Notes under the pieces: generated by a model | Database searches by the model: none | What the model saw: only the letters and a program-made list of their open reading frames with translations | Told to the model about the DNA's origin: nothing | In this document: in pieces, positions 13,601 to 25,332 of the stretch | Layout of the letters: every line of letters starts with the position of its first letter | Numbering within the stretch: position 1 is the first letter of the stretch | Assembly: GCA_002633005.1 (NCBI GenBank) | Contig: NMRA01000495.1 | Coordinates: 98,837 to 162,836 of the forward strand | DNA length: 64,000 bases | Reading direction: 5' to 3' | Origin: Phoronis australis | Lineage: Eukaryota; Animalia; Phoronida | Made by a program: the position numbers and the translations under genes

Positions 13601-16600
13601 CATGCATCATAACGAAAAACAATCGCAGCTGAGGCCTGTTTCATTAAAATGTAACTTTATGACGTTCCTTACACATAACCTAAAGGGAGGCTTACGCAAT
13701 AAAACGAGTGGCTGTAATTACTCGTTTAGGCTCTGAACTTAACTGTCATAAAGTTACGGCATTTCAGTGAAACAAGGACCAACGGAACGCATCACAAAGT
13801 AAATCACGTGACCTGCTCAAACAGATAAACCCTAAGAAGAACATTATAAGAAACTACGACTTAAAAGCGGCACATTTCTTGCTTATATTATATTGAACAC
13901 CCAATCCTGAAGTAGACCAGGCTACGTGCCTGTGCCGTCCACAAGTTGACCCCAAGTTTCCTTTTCGAGACGTCGTTAATCAATTTATGTTTCAGTGACA
14001 AATCGATGTGTCAACGCTGACAAAATTAGATGACAATCAGCTGGCTTTTTATACTGGCACATCTACCGTGAACCTAACGTAACTTAATGTTCAGACCCCC
14101 AGATCAAAATCAGGCCCCAGTGTCGACTTCCCAATTTCTGCAATGAGGTAGTCAAATTCTAGTCCAAGTACACGTAGGGCACTTAGAACCCAGAACAAAC
14201 ACAGAATGTAGCGCGTTTCAAAAGCAGGGACGACCGGGGGGGGGGAATGAGTGGCGTGGCGCGACAGGGAGAGGGAGGCGAAGAGGTGACCGGGGAGTGA
14301 ATAGCACTTTTTTTGAAAACGAGGGTAACCATACCTGATCAACCTTAAGGCCCAAAAACCTAAAATGGCACCAAATCCAGTTTTGGCCTATTAACACATA
14401 TTTTTAAAACCACGTTCCCATCTAGTTCTCTGAAACAAAATAATGCTTTGTAACCCTCGACATCCCTCAAATGTTTCGCGTAAAATTTGAAAATTCCTCG
14501 CAAAGTATGCCAAATGGGCAACCGTGACCTACGCTTTAAGCGAGTTACGCGACAACCGTAGGGAAAGACCAACCATCAAGAGTCATAATATCCTATCAGT
14601 GACAAAAAGCACGAGTTCTTATTTGAAACCTGCTTTTATCACTCAGGTGGGACGCCAATGGTGTATTAGCACGTGACAGAACGAGCATTGGCTGAAATCC
14701 CCAAATCTAGGAATAATAGTATCCTTTCAAACGGTAACTGCAGATCCGGTGCGTGGCTGGAAGCTAGTCCTTCGAAGCCATCAGACATTACGTCACACTA
14801 GTCGCTTCCTCATTACCCATGACAACTGTCGGATCTTAACTGTAATGTGTAATCACTTCTTTCCATTGCCCCTTTCCGGACGCGAGTAGGCCTTAAAATC
14901 GGCGTGTTGACGGTATTTTTGCCGTACCCGTCTAAATTCACCGCCCCAATACTCCTTGAATACCCGTTGTATACATGTATAAAAACAAAAGAAAGCTCAA
15001 GTTTCTATGACGAGAAAATTGTCAATTTTCATTTTCCAATCGTCACAGCAATCAAGCGTAATTAATGTCAAGGCTGTAACATCGGTGTCTCATAACTTAA
15101 CACGAATAAAATTTGATCCATTATGTGTCTCTTGCATGGCGAATACGTACTCACTGTAATGAAAGCATTGCATTGTCATTGGATAGCGCTTTTAAAGAAA
15201 AATTGTTTTAATGGGATCAATGTCCGTACATCGTTTTCAACCAAATATCCATGATTAAGAAAAAAAAAATGAAAACGCGTTCGTCATTCTAATGCAATAG
15301 AATTCAATAAACTACTACAAAAATACTTTTAAGAAGTCACAACGTTTCAAGCGCAGAATTTTTCTATTTCGTTATTTTCGTTTATGTCTGTAATTAATCT
15401 AGGACAAAACACGGTCAGCTCGCTTTTGGTCTGCGCACACAGATCGGAACCCCACTCATAAATGTCCTTATCACGTAATGGAATTTGTTTCCTAATTATG
15501 CAGGAAAATAAAAACGCTTCAGGGTTGCGACTCCTTGACGCAAAAATTTATAAACCTACTGTGTTCACGTGCTTTGCTTGTAATGTATGGCGATATCTCG
15601 CTAAGTTTTGCGTTTTTGCAAGGTTCTCGCGTCTCGGGAACGTAGCTCTCACAAATAACATTTTATTACATCACTTGAAGTGGTTTCGATTGAATTTCAA
15701 TCATGCGCGCAATAAAATATAGGGTTGCTCGATTTTTTCACAATGCAAATCTTTTAGTGGAAAAATCAACGAGGACTAAAAAAAAACAAAAGAAAACGGG
15801 GCCACCAGGATCAGGCCTACGAATTGTGCATCCGCGTCGAATTCCTGCGGACTTTGTGTACTTTTGTCTCGTTTACTCGGACTTTTTGCTTCACTGAGGC
15901 GGACCTTTCGCCAAATTGGGGGGCTCGCCCCACCTGGGTACGCCCATGTCAATAGTGGAACAGGATAACCACGTCGTCACATCGATTTCGGAACAAATTT
16001 CGATCTAAACAACAAAGCTTTTTAGCCGAGATGGGCTTTGTCACTTCCAAGCTTTTTGGACCGACGCCAAGCGCTTAGCGGTATTGTAACATCGCACGAT
16101 ACGGGAAATCTGCATTCTATCTATGATACACAACAATGCGATCGATATACTATATACAGTGGCAAGAAAGTTACAACCCGTTTTTTTAGTAAAATTACAT
16201 ATCCATGGTTACCTTGGAGAGACATTTCCCCAGTTAATTTGTGTTTCATTTCCGCGTACCTGCTATCCATGGATGAATGGAAAGTGACGTAAACGGTCCA
16301 GCAAAAAGCCCTCATCTTGATTTTGCACTCACTTCCATGCAGCAAACAGACTGACCGACAACGACAGCTGAAGTACATTGCGTTTGTTCCATGTAAGTGA
16401 ACGGAGAACCAAGATGCGGTCCCTTTGTTGAGCCATTCGCGTCTCATTCTGCAGGTCACAGGATGGCAACTACACTGCAGTGGAACCAGTAATTAACAGC
16501 GAAAACGTGTCTCAAACATAACCAGAGTTGTGTATTACAATTAAAGGTAACCTCAGAAATGTTTGCGGCCTTTAATGCATCCTATATTCGGGATAGACAA

Positions 16601-19600
16601 TCATCCATCCCCACAGCCCGCAAGGGTGATCTGAATAACAGAATTCTTTTTTCATAAATGCTCGTGTTTTTTCACGAGCTGCAGTTCTTTTCTCACTTAC
16701 TGCAATTTTAACCTATTCTCGCCATAAATGATCCAAATTGAAGAGCACAGACATACATGTTTATGATACGTTAAATTATGAATCGTATTACTTAGTACCA
16801 AGAACGAGCAACTCGTTGTCCTGTGAGAAAGCAAAGAAATGCCGTGTACACTAAGCGAATTGAGTTCTAAAGAACAGAACTGGGGTTAACGAGAAAGGAA
16901 CTACCTTTCAAAGGGGAACAACTGAGTTACGGCGTTAATGAGAACAGTTGCGCGGAAGGAAGATTGTCTAATTCTATAATGAGATGTAAACACTCGGCCA
17001 CGTACCCTTGGGTTTCTCAGTAATGGTAGGTACATGACATTTCATGTGGTAACCCTTGTCGCACGCGTCACAAAACAACATGGCGTCCTGAAAGTACAAC
17101 CGAGTACATGGTCATTATAGCCGTCGAAATAATTAATCACCTAAATTTCGCTCTGCTTACCTGGCCAAAAAAAGGCAAAATACATTAGGTCTTCTATTCT
17201 CGCGAAATCTCGGTCTCTTAAATAATATTCCCTTCCGTGATAGGATTCTATTTCCGTTACCAACGCATTACAGACAACGCGTACTTCCCACATTTTTGAA
17301 TTCGCAGTTTTAGGGTTGGCCAACCCAATAAGCTCTCAAGCGTTTTCTTGAGTCGCTGATTATTTCGACGTTCTGGTTGGCAACGGAAATAAAATCCTGT
17401 CACGGTAAGGAATATTATGACACTGTTCAATGAGAATAAAATGACAGGGCGAGAATGTAGCATTAATAATTCTGAGTTTTGGGAGACTAACAATGAAACT
17501 TGTTACCATGAATATCCAGTCTGCTCGCTTTCTTTACCCTAATTATTTCCACTTTCAATTTCATACGGTGTCAACTCGCAGTAATGTGGTTGGTATGTAG
17601 GGAACAACGTGCAGTTTTCAACGGAAATTCCTTACAAAGAAACTAATTGTACAAATAACATGATATTAATGTGCTTGCAAAACGTAACCAAGCTTCCAAA
17701 TACGTCACTGAAACAGAAATTATCAGTAAGAGTTAAGTGTGACTTCATCAACCCGCCTCCAACAGACGCGAAAGGAGACAGTTTCAGTAGTAGGTCTCAG
17801 ACAATGTGCAGCTTACCGGATCGCCAGCATCTTGACAAATGAAGCAGGTCTTACAGTCAATACATTGCCACGGGGCCCGTCGAGCTCGACGAGCCAATGA
17901 CTCGGAGTAATCCATGCAGGAGGGATGAGCTGAAATAATACACATGTGGCGATATAAATCTTTTAGGCACGTCACTCAAGGTGTAAAGGAAGGATCTCGA
18001 TAAACTCGGTCAATATTTTCATTTCATTTCAACACGGTAATAACCCATAGTATTTGTCCTGGATGTCCGTTATGCACAAAATTACAGCGAAATTAATCTT
18101 CAATGAAGTCTAACGAGAGGGAGACTCCGTCGTGTCTTCACTATAAGGGAATAAAAAATTACAGAGCTGACTTGACCAAGAAATTGATCGGAAACCCGAC
18201 TACTCGACATGTTTCTTTGTAACGAAGGGAACAAATACCATGGAACCGACCAACAATAAGATGATCAAAAAAAAAAAAACGCCGCCATCCTCTTATTCAG
18301 GTGGCATATTTCTGATCATGTGCTAATGCAGCTGCTAGGTATAACGAGACTGGATGCAGATGGAGTTTACGGGGCCAGGAGGCCCCCCCTCGCCCCCCCC
18401 CCTCAACCACTTGTGTATCGCTCCAATGGAAGCACGTGTCTGCCCACTTATCGGACACCCTCTGGCCATGACACCTGAACGGTGACTATGATATTTAACA
18501 GAATGGTTAAGTATTATTGACTTAGGCGTGTTTGCATCATTTCCTGTTTAATGCAGCACGCGGACAGTATGTAAACGAAGCAACGCTCAAGAAAAAACGA
18601 CAACAGGAAGAATGTTGCTTTTAGTGCGACTGTAGAATTTCATGACAATTTAATGACCTCTTTAGGTGGACAAAAAGAAGTGAGACAACACAAAGAAACC
18701 ATGCAACAAATTGTCCAAGTTACAAACCATTTTAATCGTTCGCGCCTTCAAATCGAAAATTATCCGACGTTCTACTGAATTCCGCCTTAATACAAATGGC
18801 CTATTAGAAGGAGACGCCTCGATCTTTCTGTCGTTAACAGCTAGAAGAGGATGCTGTACTCCTTATCTTTTTGGCTACTGTAGTAAGCATGTTCGTGTAG
18901 TTTTTAGAAAGTAGAGGAGGACCCCACTAATATATTTATTATTTATTAGAGGGGGTGCAGGGCCCTTGTCAATAGTTAGAGGGCGCACTTTGTCACTCCA
19001 ATTGTACCTTTAGCATTGCAGTCTATACACACGAGTAGGTCCTCGCTTTGCCCGTTACGCTTCTTTTCCGTCTGCAAACAAAAGTCACACATTCGTCTCT
19101 CGTTGGCGGCGGGATCGTACGATTCGAAGTCCGGCCCATGGTTCTTCTTGATCCGCTGAAACAAATAACGGTGGTTTGTTCTGGGAATATCATCGACCAG
19201 AGAGCACTTCGGGGAGTAATCCCGTTTGTTGGTTATGTGGAAGTGGGTCGTTTAAACGTGTTATTTTTCAGCGAGATCTCACTGTTGGAGTCCCATCACT
19301 CGCCAAATATTGCGGTCATGTCAAATTATTCAAACAAGAACTCAAGGAAGGGCAAAATATACAGATTGGTGAATTCACGGGGCAAATATATAGGGGTACT
19401 TGAGTATCCCAGTACCTGTGCCCTAACGAAGCATTTACCGTTACACAGGTCAAAGTTTACGTCACCACCTGAAACGAACAGAATGATGCGACGTTTGTTT
19501 GTTTACTCATCGTTGCTTGGCAAATCATGGCGTTTCAACATGGGCGGAGCACCATAGGGGGCTGGGGGGAGGCTACATCCCCCACTTTTTTCAGTGCTGT

Positions 19601-22600
19601 ACCGCCCATAGACCATGGGCGGTGCACCACAGGGGTCTGGGGCATAAGTCCCCCCCCCACTTTTTTCAGTGCTGCGCCGCCCATGTTCAAACCTAATCCT
19701 TGCGTGCTTTTTGTACCTTTTAGAGCACACACACACACACGCACACACACAAACACACACACACACACACGAGACCTTGACTGAAGTCGAAACGGGCGGG
19801 CGTTTTTTTACTTTTTAGTCGGTGAGCACAGGTCTAAAAACGAGGCAGGTGAAAGACAAAAACCGACTTTGCCGCCTTTTTCCTTGATGGAGCGATGGTG
19901 GCATCTTTCACTTACGTGCAGTAAGCCAGACGTGAGATTCGCGCATGTTTGCGTTTCTATTGATCGCTTTATTCTCGTTTCGCTGGTACACCAACAGACT
20001 TACTGTAGCTGAAGACATTTATATGTAGCGTTGGTTTCCAAGGGCGAAGCTAATTCTTTTTAGCAGGTAAGCTTACACCTCCGGAGGGCACTCGACAATA
20101 TTTTGAATAGGTGTGTCACGGTGAACTGGAATACCGATCCCTTCACCCTTTTTGTTGATGAAGTAGAAGTTTCCCAAAAAATAATCATTTTGTAGAAGAT
20201 GTTACAACATAGTTATTTATTGAATAAAAATGATTAAGCATTCTTTGCACTCTATTATTTTTAATAAGAACACCCCCTTTTTAACACAAGTGGGGAATTT
20301 AATCGTAAAAATACACCTTCCAAGGGAATCCGGATGTGAAAAGTCTTGCCTCTTCGCAACACGTCCCGTATATATCACCTATGTAAGTATACCCCGGGAC
20401 CTACAAACTAGTCTCAGCTGGACCAGATCCAGGGGGGTCAATGGGGTCCGTAACCACCTCAGCCACTTTTAATTTACTGCAATAGAGGGTCTAAAGCCCA
20501 TCTTTATGTTCGAAAACTGCCGAATCAACCTCGTCAAGATCTTGAATCCACTCCAGCTTCGACAGTTGGGGAGCAGTAGACCGCTGTAATAATGTGCCTC
20601 ATGAACGTTCTACGCGCAGTGACAAAACAGTGACATACACCCTACCACGGAGGCATTAGGGAGAGGAACAATTCGTGAACGACTCCTTTTCCGAATTTTT
20701 GCTAACACGTGGGCACGTCAAATGCTAGCACGTGTGTCTAGAACTTACAGTCACTGCATCCGCGCCGCCACCAACAAAGGATGCAAACTAAATGCTCCCG
20801 TTTCTCGTGAGTTTGCCACAAACAGAATGTTCTACCGTTATTAATTTCCCCGAGGGTTTACTCAATGAGAGCTAGCCTTCATAAACAAGCGACGTAAAGT
20901 GTGACTCCAGAGCGCGATCCGGAAATCCAAACTGCTTTGCGCTTTACAAGTACTTTATGTCATGGTCATGAATCCACGCCCAGACTGATGTCTGGTCATT
21001 TATTCCCGTAAGAGAACACGTAGACGCTAGCGTTGGATTACGTAGTAAATGTTTATGTCTACTGATACAAACAACAAAAAAATTGTGGGCTTGAGTTTTG
21101 ACTTCATATTTAAAGCCAGAGCATTCTCGCAAACTATTATGTGGTCATCATGGCGGAGTTTGGCGGGTAACAATTTGACGAGGCGCATTGTAGGTATTTG
21201 TTTTACGGGTAAAACTCTTTTTAATAAATATGAGTCATCTCCACCCACCGTTTAGAAAGTACTCAAAATCATTTGCAGATGAACTTTGGAAAACTGAAGT
21301 GGATTCGAGCAAAAATACCGCTCAGTAGCCTGTAAATCAAGAATATCTGCCTTGTCATCATGCTGGCGAAATTATTAACGCACGGCGAGCCTGACGATTC
21401 GCGCAGTTGAGTTAGCCGTTACATTAATTACGCGTCGTGCGACCCACCGGCTCAACAATAAACCGGTAATTTGCGATATCTTCTACGATTACAGTTCCGC
21501 TGCGGATAGCGAAAGAAATGGGTCATTTCAAGTACGTTTCACGATGTGTTTGTCAACGTCACTCCAAATCCGTGACGTCAACTGATGCTGATACTTAGTC
21601 GTGAGCGGATTTTTATACTGTGTCCATGAATTTAGGTGATCGTTATTTAAACAGGATTCAATGAAACTGTTGTGCTGTATCGATTTCCGTGATCGCTATG
21701 GTAACATAATTGTTACGTGGCGGATTACGAGAAGACAGTTTGATCGTTAGGACGGTAAAAAATAACGGGTAACTTTTATACTCTCTCAAACGTTGCACCA
21801 TATCAATTCGAACTCACTCGCGTTTACTTTGCGTAGATTTCGTAAAGTACACGAGTAAATAGCCAAAATACTCAACGCGACACACTTCAATATTCAAATA
21901 TGGTATTGAACGCTTCCTTGATTTAAACAGCCAGCTTCCGCGAAGTCAGTCACCGCCGGGTCATTTTAAATAAAAATATAAGGGCAATCGATATGATATT
22001 GGGTCGTTGTTATAAGGTTGAGCGCACATAAATTCACGCACTGAGAACGAACCGACAGCGGAACAAGCCGACAGAAAACGGAAAAACAAAAGCACAAACA
22101 TTTTGGCGTCAATTAGGTGTATAAAGAGCAGAAAAAACAATAATTTGTTTTAGAACGCAGAGTTAAATCTAAGACATGTAAACGTTTTTTTTTTCAAGTT
22201 GGAATGAGCGTTCGAACGAACACAAACGGAAAATGCGGAGGAGCTAGATTTGGTTCGGTACATTTTACCACATTGCGAAGACAGCATGGCGAACTAACTT
22301 CGGAAATTCGAACTGTAACAATCCGTGTGGTTGTAATGTTTATGCTTATATTTCGTACTGTTCACCAACGTTTCAACATTTTGGTATCCAACAGATGTCA
22401 AATTCTACATGCAACTTATAACTGACTGTTTGTTAAAAAATATCGCTTAACACGTAGACTCACGAATGCGTACATAGTGGCGATAACGCGTAGTTGGGGC
22501 CGCAAAATAACATGATCGTACGCAGGTCATCATTTTTTTTCGTTGTACTAAAAGGATACGCTGTTAGGCAAGAGCTGGGGCGGTCTGTGGAACGCTAAAT

Positions 22601-25214
22601 ATTACCCTCCTCTCCAATTTTTAGTGTACATCGTAATCCAACACACACACGCACACACACTATTGCACGCAAAACCTATCTAGTCAGAAAGCGCAATTAC
22701 ACATGAGAACACAACACTGCGTGACATCAATTTGAGTAAAGAATATGCGTAACTGATCGTCGGACTGAAGAGGAAAAAATGCGTACACGCAGTTTAACCA
22801 TGTCTAAACAGCTTGGGGTATAAACATGGCGTCTGACCTAACTAGACCGAGGGCGTAAGAGTGACGGTCATCATGCCTTTATCGGGTGAATGTGGAGATT
22901 ACGAGCGCGCTTGACAGTCATCACGGAGCACCATTTTATAACGACGCGAGTGGTGTGGTTTCCGAGCGAGAACAGTAAATACGCGCCGGACATTTCGGCT
23001 TACCTAGTTTGAATTGCAAAGTGAGGTCACTCTACTCCTTAACTGATACAAGAATAGCTTCAACACGAATCAAATAGGTGATAGCGGCGACCGAGGAAAA
23101 TTCAATACGAAGGCTAAAGCGTTTCAAAACCTTCCCACTCACTTTCTAGTTGATGCCGCGTCTCTCAACCATTTTGCTATAACAGCTTTCGAGACAACGC
23201 TACTGATGTTTAGTCCCTGAATTTTTGGTCACAGAGACATTTCCGGAAATTTTTTTGAATGAAAGCAAGCCAAAGGGTGAGGCGGGCTATTATTGGTGAC
23301 TTATTCAAACATGGGGGATGTGAAAGATTAGCGAAAAGAGCATTAAGCAGCATTTATCAAACTAAACTTTGTGATGAAACGATTACGCTGGTTTAGTATT
23401 TGGAAACAATTTTTGTGTAGGTGATTTAGATCTCCCATAACACCACCGTGTTTTTATCGCAAGACATCGGTTGGTTCGCAAAAGCGCGCGCGGAACAAGT
23501 TTTTTTTTCAATTGGGACATTATCGCGCCCGCGTTCTGTAAATACCGGCGGTCCGCAAAATGTTTGACAATTAGAATTTTCAAGGTGATAACAGAATATT
23601 TCAGTGACCAAGTCACGCGCACGGGGTTAACGCAAAAACAGACTGAGGTAACCTTTCCAAAACGTAAGGAATTAAAAATGACACTATAGGATCGAACTTG
23701 CGGATTATCGACGAAGACTATCTGCTTACTAAGTTACAAAGGGTGAATCACGCTTTTTAGCAGTTTATATAAATATCCATCTCTGACCTTACCGCAGTAT
23801 TTCTCGTGTCGATCGACAGACGCCCTAACGCACATATCGCCCTGGCCTACTACACTTGTGCGCGTTGTATAGTGCAAGACGTGTGAGTTGAAAAACAATT
23901 ACGCATTCAACTCTACGCATCGATTGAAACGGGTTTAATCACAAAGCGAAAACCAAGGACACAACGTCCTAGTAGCTCTTTGTGTGTTCGTGTAGGCCTA
24001 CGACATCACTCTATTCCGGGTCCACGCAGAGTAGCATTTTGCGGTACATCATAAACACAAACGAAGCCAACTTTTGGTACTTTACCAATAAACTGGATAG
24101 TAACGTAATTTCGCACACGTTCATGACAACATTTATACATTAAAGCGGTTATCAACTCGCGTTCAGCCGAACAAGCAAACTTTTGATTTAGACCCCTTTC
24201 TCCCTATAAAATTGAAGCCAGCTTGTTCACTGCTTCGATGAGAAGCGATTTTGGGCTTCGCAAAGAACTGACATATCGGTTACTCCTTGAGACCGCATAC
24301 TCGGCACATAAAATGACACGCCGTGATAAGTCAACTTGTACAGTCCGGTCTCAAGCAACAAGCAACAGCCAGTTTTTTCGAAGGCCTCAAATCATCTCCA
24401 GTTTGGCAAAGGATCAATTTCAAAAACGTAAGGAGTCCAATCAAAAAATTCTTTTCGTTATGGAAGGCGCAGGGGTTTATAGCCGCTTAAAAGAGATTTT
24501 TGTTACTAAAGGTTATACCTTTCTTTTCGAGAACGGTCTTCCTCGTTTTGGTGAACCAATTTCAGCACCATCGGAGTGGGTTGACTTATTTGGACTTTTG
24601 GGTGTGGGACTCAGTTTCGCTAATTTCGCACTGGTGCTGTGGCCCCCTGTAGGATCTGAGAGGGCTCTTTTCAACGCTGTTTTTGTGGAGTTTGACATGC
24701 CAGGCTTTGGACCGCGCTTCAGTGTCAACGAATAATTCCCATTGGCAAGCTTTCTCATTTTTCCTATGTCCACTTCACGATTCAAAGCCTCTTTCAGAGT
24801 TTCGTTCAGTAAATAGGTTTCCTCCTTTTGACGCACGAGCCAACTTTCGATGTCGTCAAGCGGAACGCCTTGTTTTGCGTCAACACACTTTTCTACGACA
24901 AGAGAACGAATCGCTTCAATAATTCTTTCACTTACGTCTTTCGAATTCAAAATCTGACCACCAAGATGATGTTTTCTCCATTTTGCGCCATTTCTATAAC
25001 TAGTTGACCCCTTGTATTCCACTTTGACGACGTCGCCCGAGTCCACAAGTTTCTCAATGTGCCCTTCCGTCTCCGAGGCCTTGAGTCCGTATTTGCGCTC
25101 GAGCATGTGTGAGATTCGCTCAAGATCAGGACGGGCTTTCCGTTGGCGCAGCTGGTCGATTGTTTCAATAATTCGTTCCTTGACACTTCCTTGATTTGTT
25201 GTTACAGTTTTCAT
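10521..25214 (-). CDS. SAMD1: SAMD1-like chromatin protein with KAT6-type N-terminus: WH1 + H15-like WH2 + AT-hook-like motif + double PHD finger + SAM domain, 519 aa
   Basis: complement join(25214-24519,19155-19008,17929-17817,17087-17006,13207-13058,12616-12553,11500-11326,10652-10521) = 1560 nt, open from ATG to TAA, all introns GT-AG. The WH ([17 protein letters not shown]...YKGSTSYRN) and SAM ([32 protein letters not shown]) match recalled SAMD1/atherin; the DPF matches recalled KAT6A/B. Confidence 0.9.
11326..11500 (-). CDS. SAMD1: exon 7: SAM domain N-terminal half
   Basis: [25 protein letters not shown]; ttacag acceptor, gtgaat donor. Confidence 0.92.
12553..12616 (-). CDS. SAMD1: exon 6: 64-nt linker exon
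   Basis: [21 protein letters not shown]; tttcag acceptor, gtaagt donor; needed to reconcile the phase of exon 5 (1) with exon 7 (2). Confidence 0.8.
13058..13207 (-). CDS. SAMD1: exon 5: end of PHD2 plus linker
   Basis: GKWACAQC completes the C4HC3 finger; gtgtag acceptor, gtacat donor. Confidence 0.92.
13354..13566. mobile_element. MITE family A (CATGCGCGCACCC termini), 5-bp TSD AGTAA
   Basis: agtaa|catgcgc...gggtgcgcgcatg|agtaa; the internal ggacttttgtctcgttt core is shared with three other copies. Confidence 0.85.
15702..15948. mobile_element. MITE family A copy, TSD TCAAT
   Basis: tcaat|catgcgcgc...gggtacgcccatg|tcaat. Confidence 0.8.
17006..17087 (-). CDS. SAMD1: exon 4: PHD2
   Basis: [27 protein letters not shown]; tttcag acceptor, gtacgt donor; absent from the ORF track. 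Confidence 0.94.
17817..17929 (-). CDS. SAMD1: exon 3: PHD1/PHD2
   Basis: [37 protein letters not shown]; tttcag acceptor, gtaagc donor. Confidence 0.94.
19008..19155 (-). CDS. SAMD1: exon 2: start of PHD1
   Basis: RIKK...[27 protein letters not shown]; tttcag acceptor, gtacaa donor. Confidence 0.92.
19539..19685. mobile_element. MITE family B (CATGGGCGG termini), head-to-tail dimer, TSD TTCAA
   Basis: Two ~72-bp units (19539-19610 and 19614-19685) inside a single ttcaa duplication. Confidence 0.8.
19726..19769. repeat. (CA)n microsatellite
   Basis: direct reading; explains the VC-repeat ORFs. Confidence 0.95.
24519..25214 (-). CDS. SAMD1: exon 1: SAMD1-type winged helix, H15-like winged helix, AT-hook-like/basic tail
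   Basis: 232 codons from ATG 25214; ends [11 protein letters not shown] at an aag|gtataa donor. Confidence 0.93.
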
Positions 25215-25316
25215 GGTCAATCTCAACTTAGAACACTTTTAAAAGTCGAAAAAACGTACACTGGTATTCAAGCGAGTGAGCGCAATATTACTCGATTGAG
25301 CCACCGTCAGTGCGAT

Positions 25317-25332
25317 AACATGGCGCATGCGT
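25317..25332. promoter_or_regulatory. candidate core promoter motifs of the SAMD1-like gene
   Basis: aacatggcgcatgcgt: overlapping YY1-like (AACATGGCG) and NRF1-like (GCGCATGCG) motifs ~110 nt upstream of the ATG. Confidence 0.35.

Noticed and set aside
19048-19784. Several ORFs including VC- and HT-repeat peptides
   Set aside because: Produced by antisense exon 2, the MITE dimer and the CA microsatellite.
24223-24735. 170-aa plus-strand ORF
   Set aside because: Antisense shadow of SAMD1-like exon 1.
10521-25214. Calling the gene KAT6A/KAT6B
   Set aside because: I found no MYST exon, the frame closes in a SAM domain, and WH1 is SAMD1-type.
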